From contig OY776562.1 of NCBI GenBank assembly GCA_963675785.1, positions 1,344,001 through 1,408,000 on the forward strand: DNA of 64,000 nucleotides, in the 5' to 3' direction. Under the pieces are notes generated by a model. It was not told the origin of the DNA, made no database searches, and saw only the letters and a list, made by a program, of their open reading frames with translations. This document shows positions 17,983 to 27,788 of the stretch, one piece after another. Both the position numbers and the translations under genes were made by a program. Position 1 is the stretch's first letter, and every line of letters starts with the position of its first letter. The DNA is from Anaerolineae bacterium (GTDB lineage Bacteria > Chloroflexota > Anaerolineae > UBA1429).

Positions 17983-19857
17983 TTATTTCAATACCAAAGG
18001 CAGCATCACATGTGTCATGGAGGGATCGAGGGTGGGCAACGGCGTGTGCGTTGGTGTGCTTGTCGCCGTAGCCGTAGCCGTCGGAGTCGTTGAAGGTGTG
18101 GCGGTCACAGTCGGTGTAGATGTTGGCGTAGCAGTTCCCGCAGATGGCGTGCTATCTGGTACGAGCAGTCGTCCATAGCCAGTGAACCAGTCGTATCCAG
18201 CATCTTCCACATCCAGAGCAGTGCCCGTTAAATAGGCCTCGATCTCATCTGGCCCCCACGAGGGACAGGCTTGAGCCACCAACGCGACCAGTCCAGCCAC
18301 GTGCGGTGTCGCCGCAGATGTGCCGTTGAACAGATACCCCGCATAGGAAGCCGTCAAAACATTAGCATAGGCGGCAATTTCAGGCTTGTCGGCGCCGCCT
18401 GTGCCAATGCCCCCTGGCCCATTTGTAGGCCCTCCTGAGGAATAGTCTTCCAGTGCATAGGGATCAAAATAGGCATCGAGGGCGCCCACTGTCACTGCCG
18501 CTGGAGAATCGGCCAGGTCGCACAAAGCATGGTTGGGATCGGGATTGACGAAAACAGGATAGCCCGAAATCACCACATCAAAATGCACACTGCTGGTTAC
18601 GCTTTCATCCCCATAGACAGCGATCGCATAGGCAGAGTAGCCGATGGGCAACGTGAATGAAAGAAAATCCAGCGGCTGTTGACCGCCAAGGCCGTTCTGT
18701 GGATCGGAGCTCTCGCCTATAATCTTCCAACCACTGTCATAGCCCAGCAACACAACCGCCAGATCTTGGTCACAGTCTTCCCAATCGCTCCAGCGAATAG
18801 CGAAATAACCCGTATCGCCAGAGGCGGCATCATCAAGAAGAGTGGCCTCATTTCCATCCGGAAACTCGTGCCAGCCATCGCCATCGGCATCCGTATAGTC
18901 TCCCGACAAATGCTGATCGGCTTCGTTGCCCGCTGCCGTCGCCCAAAAGATGCCCGCATCCCGGGCCCGTTGTACCTGGTCGGCCAACGGGCCGTAACCA
19001 TCGCCAGCAGTGAGATAATCCCAACCAATCGAGGTAGAAATCACGTCCACGCCCAGCGAAAGAGCCCAGGTTACTGCCTCGGGCAAGTCGGCGTTGGTCT
19101 GTATCTTGGCCAGATAGAGTTGTACGCCAGGCGCCATGTCCGCCACAATCTCGGCACAGGCCGAACCATGCGCACTCGTCGAGCCGTTGATATCGCTATA
19201 GGTCTCGCCATCTACAAAGTTCTGTGCAATGGTAGAAGCAGGCAATTCGCCAGAAGAGACCAGCGATTCCCACCCTTGAAAGCCACCATCGATGACCATC
19301 ACCTTGACGCCAGAGCCGGTGAGCCCTGCGCTCTGCCAGGCATCGGCGTTGGATGCCGTAACACCCTGAGTGGTGTAGGAACCCAGATTGAGCGTCTCAT
19401 ACATCTGTATATAGGCCGGCGTGCGCACATAATTCACAAAAGTCGAATCTGCAGCAGTTTGCAGTGCACTGGGAGGCAGCCAGCACTGCAAAATCAGGCC
19501 ATCCACCCCATCAGACACCGCTGCTTGCTCGATCAGACCCCCTAGCCCAACCACAGTTTTGCGCGCCGAACGCTCATTATCTCCTGTTATGTAGAGTTGA
19601 ATCTGTACCCGCTCCTGGTCATCGAAAACCAGACGTGAGCTGGTATTCTGTAGATCCTGAAGCGAGGCCCCCTTACTGGCAGCCTGGCTGAGCGTATAGA
19701 GTTCCCCATCCATGTTATCGGCACCTGTTTGGGGAGTCACGGTGCCATCGATAGTCAGATTGCCTGACTCTAACGCCTCAGTCGAGTCGTCGGCATAAGC
19801 AGCCGCCGGATAGACAAACCCCACCACTATGAGGAGCAAAGTCAATAACCAACGCAT
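17983..19857 (-). CDS. Secreted S8 (subtilisin-like) serine peptidase
   Basis: Catalytic triad VIDGGF / HGSACA / GTSAATP, AAGN, P/T linker and C-terminal VMLPLVLK. Confidence 0.9.
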   Translation of the reverse strand: MRWLLTLLLIVVGFVYPAAAYADDSTEALESGNLTIDGTVTPQTGADNMDGELYTLSQAASKGASLQDLQNTSSRLVFDDQERVQIQLYITGDNERSARKTVVGLGGLIEQAAVSDGVDGLILQCWLPPSALQTAADSTFVNYVRTPAYIQMYETLNLGSYTTQGVTASNADAWQSAGLTGSGVKVMVIDGGFQGWESLVSSGELPASTIAQNFVDGETYSDINGSTSAHGSACAEIVADMAPGVQLYLAKIQTNADLPEAVTWALSLGVDVISTSIGWDYLTAGDGYGPLADQVQRARDAGIFWATAAGNEADQHLSGDYTDADGDGWHEFPDGNEATLLDDAASGDTGYFAIRWSDWEDCDQDLAVVLLGYDSGWKIIGESSDPQNGLGGQQPLDFLSFTLPIGYSAYAIAVYGDESVTSSVHFDVVISGYPVFVNPDPNHALCDLADSPAAVTVGALDAYFDPYALEDYSSGGPTNGPGGIGTGGADKPEIAAYANVLTASYAGYLFNGTSAATPHVAGLVALVAQACPSWGPDEIEAYLTGTALDVEDAGYDWFTGYGRLLVPDSTPSAGTATPTSTPTVTATPSTTPTATATATSTPTHTPLPTLDPSMTHVMLPLVLK

Positions 19858-19989
19858 CGTGCGGCCTTTCGTCAACAACAGTTAGCACCTATATCATGAA
19901 AATTATATCATTTTTGTAACAACAATGCCATCAAAGCAGCTTGTTCTACTTGCCAAAACGTCTGGGGCGAACGACCCGTTCCACTGCCG

Positions 19990-20231
19990 CTTGCCACCCC
20001 ACATAATAGGTCTCGGCAGCACCGTATACAGCGCCTCGATAGAATACCCCTTACTTTGAATGTAATAGTCGCGGTCTGGATCATCCACTCGGTCGGGAGA
20101 GACATCTATCATCCGGTTCTAGGCACGTTGAGAACAGCAATGCACAAAAGGCATCCCCTGTATGGCCTGCTTGATCCTGATGACTAATCTCAGGATAGAC
20201 TTGCGATAAGCTACCGACTTGAATTGAATCA
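19990..20231 (-). pseudogene. Degraded transketolase N-terminal subunit fragment
   Basis: Across frameshifts: KSVAYRKSIL / AGHTG / IAVLNV / DVSPDRVDDPDRDYYIQSKGYSIEALYTVL, matching the DRDxxxxSKGH motif with His changed to Tyr; boundaries approximate. Confidence 0.7.
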
Positions 20232-20343
20232 TTCGTTCGCCCAGTATACATACCCCGGTGAGAGCGTGCATATCCACAGCTCGGATGCACAAAAACAGCC
20301 AGACAATACCCTTGCAGGCACGGTCTGGCTGGCTTAAAACCTA

Positions 20344-20865
20344 CTAGCACTGCTCGGCAAGCAGCTTGTCACGCATCGCCGAAACTTGATCCCCTATATG
20401 CCTATAGGCTCGCGCACGGCAGGCATATAGCAAAGCAAAATTATCACCCGGCTCGGCTCGATCGATGGCGTGGGTCAAGTCTTCCACAGCCCCTACATAG
20501 TCCTCCAACTCTATACGAGCCAGGGCACTCATGTGCAGCGTCTCAATATCCGCAGGGTCGGCCGCAAGCACGGTACAAAAGTCGACTACCGCACCAGCAT
20601 AATCACCGGCCTCCATGCGTACGTACCCACGGCGTCGTATACAGGCCAGGTTGTCGCCGCAGCAAAGGGCTGTATCAAAATCTATCACGGCCTCATCCAG
20701 ACGATTCAGGCTGTGATGAGTCAAACCCAGAAAATACCAGGCTTCCATGAGCGTAGGATCCAGCTCTACCGCCCGACTGAGGTTATCCGTTGCATCGGGC
20801 CAGTTACGCCGTCCGTAAGCATAGATACCCCACTGCTGGTGCAAAACAGCCGGATTCGCCGCCAT
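20344..20865 (-). CDS. TPR-repeat protein
   Basis: Repeated TPR patterns (AWYFLGLTHH, RRGYVR, ACRARAY). Confidence 0.8.
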   Translation of the reverse strand: MAANPAVLHQQWGIYAYGRRNWPDATDNLSRAVELDPTLMEAWYFLGLTHHSLNRLDEAVIDFDTALCCGDNLACIRRRGYVRMEAGDYAGAVVDFCTVLAADPADIETLHMSALARIELEDYVGAVEDLTHAIDRAEPGDNFALLYACRARAYRHIGDQVSAMRDKLLAEQC

Positions 20866-20965
20866 CTCCCCACCCTCCAATTTGCCAACGCAGGGGAATT
20901 ATGCGTAGACAAGAAGGCAGAAGCAAGAGAGTCCGACCATTCTATGCAAACTGTTAAGAATGCTC

Positions 20966-21325
20966 CTATTGGGCTACCACCATGGCGATAGCATGAGTAC
21001 GCTCGTGGGTCAGGCTGACGGCCCACTCGGTGAGGCCCAACGCAGCAGCACGATCCGCAGCACGACCATGCAGCCGCACAAAGGGTTTGCCGCGAGAATC
21101 CGCCAGGATTTCCATCTCCACCCAGCGAATGCCCACAATCCCGGTGCCTAGCGCCTTGCTGATGGCCTCTTTGGCGGCAAAACGCGCCGCATACTCGGGG
21201 ACATTATCGCCGCAATAGGCCTGTTCTGCCGGGGTATAAATGTGCTTGAGAAAGCGGGGGCCAAAACGCGTCAACGCCCCTTTGATGCGCTCGACCTCGG
21301 TGATATCCACCCCGCAAGTCAGCAT
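20966..21325 (-). CDS. acpS: Holo-ACP synthase
   Basis: GVDITEVERI, AARFAAKEAISKALGTG and VSLTH motifs. Confidence 0.95.
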   Translation of the reverse strand: MLTCGVDITEVERIKGALTRFGPRFLKHIYTPAEQAYCGDNVPEYAARFAAKEAISKALGTGIVGIRWVEMEILADSRGKPFVRLHGRAADRAAALGLTEWAVSLTHERTHAIAMVVAQ

Positions 21326-22660
21326 CTACCAGCGCTCCGAAACCGCGGCAGGCCGCCCTTGAACCGTCTCGCTGATAGCCTCGCCCAGACGCACGGCATA
21401 GTTCATGCCGCGATCCTCGGGGTAAATCTGCGAGGTGTTGGCCAAATAGAGCTTTTTGATGGGCGTGCGCAAACCAGGAATCCGCCCAGAATAGTCCAGC
21501 CCAATGACCGGCTGAGCATACTGGTCAGAAAACAGCCAGCGCTGCTTGATCCAGTCCGGCGAAAAGCGCGGGTTGATCTTTTGCAGGCTGGGCGTGTACA
21601 GGCGGATGAGTGAATCGGCGTCCATCAAGAACTGCATGTCGTCCACCGACAAATAGTTGGATAGATAGAGCAGATGCGTGCCGCCATAATGGGCCCGCGG
21701 TACATAGTTGGTGTGCTCGATAGCCGCCACCAGGGGGATCGAGGGATCAGCCAGGTTCAGCCAATAATAGGGGCTAAGCGACTCGCTGAGCTCTAGCACC
21801 AACACCTGCGCCGCCATGTATTTGAGCTCGCGCAGCCGCAGGGCATAGGGATCGGGAATCTCAGGCGCCAGGTGCATCGCCACCGGAGAAGGCACCGTCA
21901 TGATGATAGCGTCATGCTCGGCCACCTGCGAGAGCTTTTCATAGGTGTAGGTAAGGCCGCGCGCCTCGCCCCGCTCAATGCGCACCCGCTCAACCTGAGC
22001 GCCGGTAAGCACCCTTCCGCCAGCTTCAGTGATGCCCGCAATCAACGCATCTGTGAGCAACTGGAAGGAGCCCAGCATATAGCCCAGCGTCTCTTGCTTG
22101 AGGCCGCCCCCGGCCAGTTTGCGCCGTAGAGCGATCTTGCCCCACAACCAGGCCATGTTCACCCGTTCGGCGTCAGGACCAAACTTGCTGCGCAGCAGCG
22201 CCCCCCACATCACATCATAAATACGCTGACCGCCCCACTGCAGCACCCACTCTTTGGCGGTGATGCGCTCCAAATGGCGCCAATTGCCAAAACGCTGCAG
22301 GTACAGCGTCTGCATACCCAGCTTGAGCCGCTGCATGAGAGTCAAGGGTGTGAAATTGAGCAAATCCTTCGGCGTAACGAAATCGTAGGCTGTGCCGTCG
22401 TAAAAATAACCCATACGGCTGGAAAGCCAAACGAGCTTTTCTCGCAAGCCCATCTCTTCGATGAGTCGGACGACGTCGGTATCTGAGGGGTAGATGTGGT
22501 GATAGAAATGCTCCAGGCGGGTGCCGGCTACCTCAAAAGTGCCGGCCTGCCCGCCTGCTTGCTTGTTCTTTTCATAGATGGTTACAGTGTTCCCGGCTTG
22601 GCTCAACCGATATCCGGCTACCAAACCCGTCACGCCGCCGCCGACAATCCCAATGCGCAT
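21326..22660 (-). CDS. NAD(P)/FAD-dependent oxidoreductase (amine oxidase/HemY-like superfamily)
   Basis: GGGVTG dinucleotide fold, EHFYHH and YPEDRGMN motifs. Confidence 0.85.
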   Translation of the reverse strand: MRIGIVGGGVTGLVAGYRLSQAGNTVTIYEKNKQAGGQAGTFEVAGTRLEHFYHHIYPSDTDVVRLIEEMGLREKLVWLSSRMGYFYDGTAYDFVTPKDLLNFTPLTLMQRLKLGMQTLYLQRFGNWRHLERITAKEWVLQWGGQRIYDVMWGALLRSKFGPDAERVNMAWLWGKIALRRKLAGGGLKQETLGYMLGSFQLLTDALIAGITEAGGRVLTGAQVERVRIERGEARGLTYTYEKLSQVAEHDAIIMTVPSPVAMHLAPEIPDPYALRLRELKYMAAQVLVLELSESLSPYYWLNLADPSIPLVAAIEHTNYVPRAHYGGTHLLYLSNYLSVDDMQFLMDADSLIRLYTPSLQKINPRFSPDWIKQRWLFSDQYAQPVIGLDYSGRIPGLRTPIKKLYLANTSQIYPEDRGMNYAVRLGEAISETVQGRPAAVSERW

Positions 22661-22731
22661 AACTGTGAATTAACCTCAAAACGTGTGTGTGATAAGCGCG
22701 GCGTTCGCCCCCATGGCGAACGCATTTCGAA

Positions 22732-22980
22732 TTATACCTCGACTGGCTCGTCCAGGGTAACCATGGCTCCAAGAATCCGCTCCATGGCCATGACATGGCT
22801 GCATACACCGCGTTGCTCAAAGAACCCGCAGCTGCAATGCCACTTGCCGCCCTCATAGGTCACCTGATGGGTCGAGTTATCGCCCTCAAACTGCACCGAA
22901 AAGGTCTCAAAAGAGACTCGACCCGGTTCCTGGGCGTAACGCCGCGCCTTTTGGATCTTGCTAATCATCCCTGAATCCAT
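22732..22980 (-). CDS. Small SWIM zinc-finger protein
   Basis: AAGGAGG RBS; MDSGMISKIQKARRYA...CSCGFFEQRGVCSH (CxC-x8-CxH). Confidence 0.85.
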   Translation of the reverse strand: MDSGMISKIQKARRYAQEPGRVSFETFSVQFEGDNSTHQVTYEGGKWHCSCGFFEQRGVCSHVMAMERILGAMVTLDEPVEV

Positions 22981-23001
22981 CACAGCACCCTCCTTAATAG
23001 C

Positions 23002-23035
23002 AAAAAGGCACCAGGGCTCGTGTCCCTGGTGCCTT
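23002..23035 (-). terminator. Terminator hairpin in the 5' leader of the SWIM gene
   Basis: AAGGCACCAGGG-acacgag-CCCTGGTGCCTTTTT on the minus strand. Confidence 0.7.
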
Positions 23036-23066
23036 ACAATGCCGTATCCTGTTTGAGAAGAATCAT
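23034..23066 (-). other. Putative 10-codon leader peptide MILLKQDTAL
   Basis: GAAGGGGGG SD-like sequence upstream; the TAA stop forms the start of the terminator stem. Confidence 0.5.
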
Positions 23067-23092
23067 ATCGTGTGCCCCCCTTCACTATCCTG

Positions 23093-23121
23093 ATTATAAA
23101 TAGGCAAAGTGGGCCTGTCAA
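23093..23121 (-). promoter_or_regulatory. Consensus sigma70 promoter
   Basis: TTGACA-17 nt-TATAAT exact match on the minus strand. Confidence 0.8.
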
Positions 23122-23430
23122 CAAGCGCTGCGTGTAATTCTCGTTAAGCCGCGAATTGCAGCAAACCCACCCCCAACAGGGCAACGGCAGCTAGTAATAC
23201 GGCGGCTACAGGCAGGCTGATCATACGGATGTGGTTCATGGTGTTGCTCTCCAGTTTGTGCGCGTTTCATACATATATATACGCACAAACTGGCAATTAG
23301 TTCCGTAAAGAAAGCGTTAATTTGCGAGAGAATTGCAGGTTGCTCGGGGTAGTTGACGAAGGACAGAGCGGCAGTATAATGGGTTTGTCTCACGTTTGTC
23401 ATCATCAACCTTTTCCCTCGAATCTATACT

Positions 23431-24531
23431 GTGGAGGTCTCGGTGCCGCCAAGGATTCTCGAGATACTTGGTTCCATATCTTCAGACACGATTCGTGTAC
23501 TTCCTTGTGAACGCCTGAATCTGGACCGAATCGAAGGACTTGTCGACTACTCCGAGCTCGAGTCCATCAACAAGCCGAATCAGCCTTTCGAAGTTGATGT
23601 CCGCACTGACTGGACGGGCGACCTCCATAGCGTTCCCATTCCTTCGCCCTCTCTGCTGCGCTACTTCATGGACGGTTCGAGGCGTACGTACCGGATCGCC
23701 GACATCATTGTGAAGGATCATTACTACCCACTGATCGCCGGCCAGGTGGGAGTGGCTGTCGTCGAGCGAGAGCCAATGAGCGGGAGGCTGCATCCCCTGC
23801 GCCAGTACTGCTCATCCCAGACCGTGCTAGCCATACCGCCATGCTTCACCGAGAGTGACTCCAAGCAGCTTCAGGCGGAAATCGAGCGAAAATCGCCGTA
23901 TCCTGTCGAAGTGCTCCGATATAAAGCCGAAACAGACAAGGACCCCGTCGACTTGGGAGTTGCCCGCATCATGCGTGAGATGGCCGCCAATGAGGTTGAG
24001 ACAGTCATACGCATGTTTTCTGATCAAGCTCTGGGTAACGGCCGCATGCTCGTGGTTGACGGACCACTTCGCTTTGGTCAGTCGTTCGATGTGACTCAAT
24101 TTCGCAACGTCATTGGCGTTAGCAAGACCTTCTTGCCCAGTCTCAAACTCGGCAAAGGCAGGGGACGCCAAGATGTAGGAGCGGTCACGTCGCAACTCGG
24201 CCAAGCTCATAGGACTTGTGTTTACAAGTCGCCCCACGACGATCGGGTGATGGGTGTTTGGTACGTACGCCTCCGCAGCCCCAGCAACCTGACCGGCCCG
24301 CTGCAAGGCCTGATCAAGGTGGAGATATTCGCTTGCGACCAACAGGAACGTGAATATGGGTTCAGCCCTGCGCGCATCGATACGCTCTCTCGCTGTCTCT
24401 ACGAGCACAGAAACGTGACCCCTTTTGGCAGCGATTGGCGCTGGGCGAGCCACCTCTACCCTGTCTTTGCTGCAGAAAGCTATGTCAAGTCCAGGTTCGT
24501 CAGTGACGTCGTGTTCAAAGCCATGTTCTGA
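23431..24531 (+). CDS. NurA-like (RNase H fold) nuclease
   Basis: FMDGSRR, VVDGPL, GVSKTF and HLYPVFAAE motifs, plus its position upstream of a HerA-like ATPase; start uncertain. Confidence 0.7.
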   Translation: MEVSVPPRILEILGSISSDTIRVLPCERLNLDRIEGLVDYSELESINKPNQPFEVDVRTDWTGDLHSVPIPSPSLLRYFMDGSRRTYRIADIIVKDHYYPLIAGQVGVAVVEREPMSGRLHPLRQYCSSQTVLAIPPCFTESDSKQLQAEIERKSPYPVEVLRYKAETDKDPVDLGVARIMREMAANEVETVIRMFSDQALGNGRMLVVDGPLRFGQSFDVTQFRNVIGVSKTFLPSLKLGKGRGRQDVGAVTSQLGQAHRTCVYKSPHDDRVMGVWYVRLRSPSNLTGPLQGLIKVEIFACDQQEREYGFSPARIDTLSRCLYEHRNVTPFGSDWRWASHLYPVFAAESYVKSRFVSDVVFKAMF

Positions 24532-24539
24532 GGTGAAAG

Positions 24540-26195
24540 ATGACAAACCGATGCATTGGTCGTGTGACAGCCACAGAGAATGCCCCAACCAGCTGCGATT
24601 CGCTGCAATTCTGGGTCGACGCTGATGTCATACTCAAACCCTTCGACATTGTTCGTGTAGAGCAAAGAGGACGGGACCCGTCCGAGACAAGCCACACCTA
24701 TGCCATCGTGACCGGCCTGTCCTACATCACGGACAGCGCAAGCCATCTGGCAAACTATGTATCCGCAGACTTTGGAGATGTGAGCCAACATGCCGTGAAC
24801 AAGCGCATGGGCACGGCGATCGCTTTCGCGGACGTGCTCTACAACAACGCCGAGATCGAGATGCCCGTTGTCGATGGTGCCGCTGTCGAATGGGCCGACG
24901 AAGAAGGAATCCGCGAAGCCCTCGGCATCAACAGCTACAGATACCCCATTCCCGCCGGCTATATAAGAACCTCAAATGGCATCGAAGTCCCCGTGGATTT
25001 GGAGGCGGACTATCTGCTTGGCCCAGAAGGAGCCCATCTCAACATCGCAGGGATATCTGGACTGGCTACTAAGACTTCGTACGCCATGTTCCTCCTCAGC
25101 TCAGTCCAGCAACGGCGGGCCGACCAGGTATCTATGATCATCTTCAACGTCAAGGGGCAAGACCTCCTTGCAATCAATGAGCCAAACGACGATCTGACAG
25201 AAGCCCAGCGGCTGGATTGGACACGGTGCGGACTCGACCCAGTGCCGTTCCGAGATGTGCGGTTCCTGTACCCATATAGTCGTAGCGCTACGCAGAACCA
25301 CACAACATCCCACGTTTCGCGAACGACCCTCGAACGACAGAAAGATCAGGGGATAGCACGTAACTACTACTATGATGTGCAGACGGCAATTCCAAAGCTT
25401 TCCTACTTGTTCGCAGACGTGGATGACTCGACTTCGACAATGCAATCAATTGCTGCCGAGATTGCGGAGTGGGAAGATATATCGGAATGGTCAGAATTAT
25501 TTACGAAGGTTGCAAATCGTACTAAATCCGGATCAGGACAAGATAAATCGATTGCAATTGCCTCTTGGAGGAAATTCAACAGAATATTGACAGCACGCTC
25601 TAAAAGCGATCTATTCTGTGAAAAAAGCATAATAAATCAAAAAGAGGAACGACAGGAGACAATCGAGGATGCTGTCAGCTCACTCCGTGGGGGACAGGTT
25701 CTGGTCATTGATATCGAACCGCTTCCTGACCACCTGCAACGCCTGGTCTTTGGAGACGTCATCAAGACCATCTATGGTATCAAGCTGAATGAGCGCGATG
25801 ACGTGTTACCTGATGATTTGGGTCACGTCATCATCTTTGCCGATGAATTGAACAAATACGCACCCGGTACCTCAGGCGCCAACACTAGTTCTCTGACTGC
25901 CAATATTCTCGAGGTTACCGAGCGTGGAAGGTCCCTTGGCACCGTGCTTTTCGGCGCAGAGCAATTTCGCACCGGAGTCCACGATAGAGTCCTGGGTAAC
26001 TGCAGCACAAATGTGTACGGAAGAACCAGTCCAGTCGAGATCGCCAAGTGCCCAGACTACAAGTACTTCCCCAACACCTACAAGAATGCGGTCACGCGCT
26101 TGCCAAAGGGCACCCTCTTGCTGCAGCACGCGCTGTTCCGCGCAGCACTCATCAAAGTTAGCTTCCCCTTCCCATGCTACTATCAGCCAAAGTAA
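24540..26195 (+). CDS. HerA-like ATPase/DNA translocase (HAS barrel + FtsK/HerA domain)
   Basis: N-terminal IGRV..TE beta-barrel, atypical Walker A GISGLATKT, IFNVKG, Walker B IIFADELNKY and Arg finger ERGRSLG. Confidence 0.85.
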   Translation: MTNRCIGRVTATENAPTSCDSLQFWVDADVILKPFDIVRVEQRGRDPSETSHTYAIVTGLSYITDSASHLANYVSADFGDVSQHAVNKRMGTAIAFADVLYNNAEIEMPVVDGAAVEWADEEGIREALGINSYRYPIPAGYIRTSNGIEVPVDLEADYLLGPEGAHLNIAGISGLATKTSYAMFLLSSVQQRRADQVSMIIFNVKGQDLLAINEPNDDLTEAQRLDWTRCGLDPVPFRDVRFLYPYSRSATQNHTTSHVSRTTLERQKDQGIARNYYYDVQTAIPKLSYLFADVDDSTSTMQSIAAEIAEWEDISEWSELFTKVANRTKSGSGQDKSIAIASWRKFNRILTARSKSDLFCEKSIINQKEERQETIEDAVSSLRGGQVLVIDIEPLPDHLQRLVFGDVIKTIYGIKLNERDDVLPDDLGHVIIFADELNKYAPGTSGANTSSLTANILEVTERGRSLGTVLFGAEQFRTGVHDRVLGNCSTNVYGRTSPVEIAKCPDYKYFPNTYKNAVTRLPKGTLLLQHALFRAALIKVSFPFPCYYQPK

Positions 26196-26210
26196 GAGGA
26201 CAAAGCGAGC

Positions 26211-27788
26211 ATGCAAGAATCAGAAGTCAGGATTGGCGCCTATTTGCTTGAGATCATCACCACTGGCATGTATACCAACCCGCTCGACACAGTCCGAGAA
26301 TACATCCAGAACAGCACAGACTCACTGCTGGAGGCCGTGCGTGAGGGGAAGGTTGACCGCGACAAGGCCCGCATAAGGGTTGCGTTCGACCCGCGAAGCC
26401 GCAACCTTTCCGTGCGAGATGAAGGTATGGGAATACCTGCCGATGAGGTAAGTGCCCGTCTGGTAAGTGTCGGAATATCCAATAAGAAGATCGGGGTTGA
26501 CGCCGGCTTTCGAGGCATTGGCCGCCTGGCTGGAACGGCGTTCTGCCGCAAGCTCATGTATGAGACCAGTGCCATCGGTGAGGACATCATATCTCGAGTG
26601 GAATTCGACTGCGAGGGTATGCGGCAGGCGGTTGCGAGGCGAGATGCGAGTCAGGCTGAGCTAGCCTCCGTGATAGCCAGCAACACAATGGTCTTTCAGG
26701 ATTCCACCAGTCTGCGAAACGAGCACTATTGTACAGTGCAAATGGTCGATATCGGTGATGATCATGGGGTGTTTCTTGACCGCAAGGCTTTGACCGACTA
26801 CCTTAGAGAGGTGGCTCCGGTGGCGTTTGACCAGCAATGGTTCTGTTACGCACCGAGAATTGTCGAGTGGACTTGCGAGCAAGGCATTGACCTTCCTGAA
26901 GTGACACTCGTCCTCGAAGAAACTGGCGGCAACAGCGTGCAGATATTCAAGCCCTACAGCACCCTGGAAACAAGTCGCAGCATGCGTGATGGGAATCACG
27001 AGATGCACATCACCGGCGTAGAGTTCTTGCAGGACTCCGGGCCACAGCCGAGGTACTGGGGATGGATAGGCAAGAGCAAGCTCGAAGGTCAGATTGGCAA
27101 CAACCTGACTCGTGGACTCCGTTTTCGTATGCACAACATCTCCATCGGTGAAGAAGCCGTAAGCAACCGATTCTTCAGGGAATGCAATGTAGCTTCGCGC
27201 TTCAATGGCTATTTTGTCGGAGAGATCCATATAATCGATGACCGCGTGCTGCCGAACGCAAGGAGGGATTGGTTCGAAAACAACCCGACCTGGCAGGCCA
27301 TAAGCAATGATCTAGGACGACAAGTCAAGCAGCTCGAAAAACGTGTGAGAGTCGTCTCTACAGAGAGAAACTCAAAGCCGGCCAAGGCGGCGGCGCGCGC
27401 AGCGCGCCTTATCACAAAATACAAGGATACCTCTCAAGAGAGCTCTTCCGCTCCGCCGCATGTCATCACACACGCCGAAGCTAGACAGGCAATGGAGGAT
27501 ATCGGTGACAGCATCCGCGGCATCGATGATTCCAGACCAGTTCCCGGGAAGAGCTATGCCGGCTACAGCCCAGACCAACTCCGGGAGCAACTGGAGTACC
27601 TAAGGTCGCAGATAGGGTCCCAGACCAACGGGACAGTGGCCCTGGCGTCTTGGCTTGACAAGAAGCAGCGCAAAGTTATCACCACACTGCTTGACACACT
27701 TCATTCAAGACTTGATGCTGAACCATATCGAATTGCCAAGGAAACCGTGCTTGAGCTCTACGGTCCTAACGCCAGAAAGAATCAATGA
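26211..27788 (+). CDS. GHKL ATPase (HATPase_c_3, MORC/HtpG-like)
   Basis: N-box REYIQNSTD, G1 DEGMGI, G2 GFRGIGRLAG and S5-like region GEIHI...PNARRDWF. Confidence 0.85.
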   Translation: MQESEVRIGAYLLEIITTGMYTNPLDTVREYIQNSTDSLLEAVREGKVDRDKARIRVAFDPRSRNLSVRDEGMGIPADEVSARLVSVGISNKKIGVDAGFRGIGRLAGTAFCRKLMYETSAIGEDIISRVEFDCEGMRQAVARRDASQAELASVIASNTMVFQDSTSLRNEHYCTVQMVDIGDDHGVFLDRKALTDYLREVAPVAFDQQWFCYAPRIVEWTCEQGIDLPEVTLVLEETGGNSVQIFKPYSTLETSRSMRDGNHEMHITGVEFLQDSGPQPRYWGWIGKSKLEGQIGNNLTRGLRFRMHNISIGEEAVSNRFFRECNVASRFNGYFVGEIHIIDDRVLPNARRDWFENNPTWQAISNDLGRQVKQLEKRVRVVSTERNSKPAKAAARAARLITKYKDTSQESSSAPPHVITHAEARQAMEDIGDSIRGIDDSRPVPGKSYAGYSPDQLREQLEYLRSQIGSQTNGTVALASWLDKKQRKVITTLLDTLHSRLDAEPYRIAKETVLELYGPNARKNQ

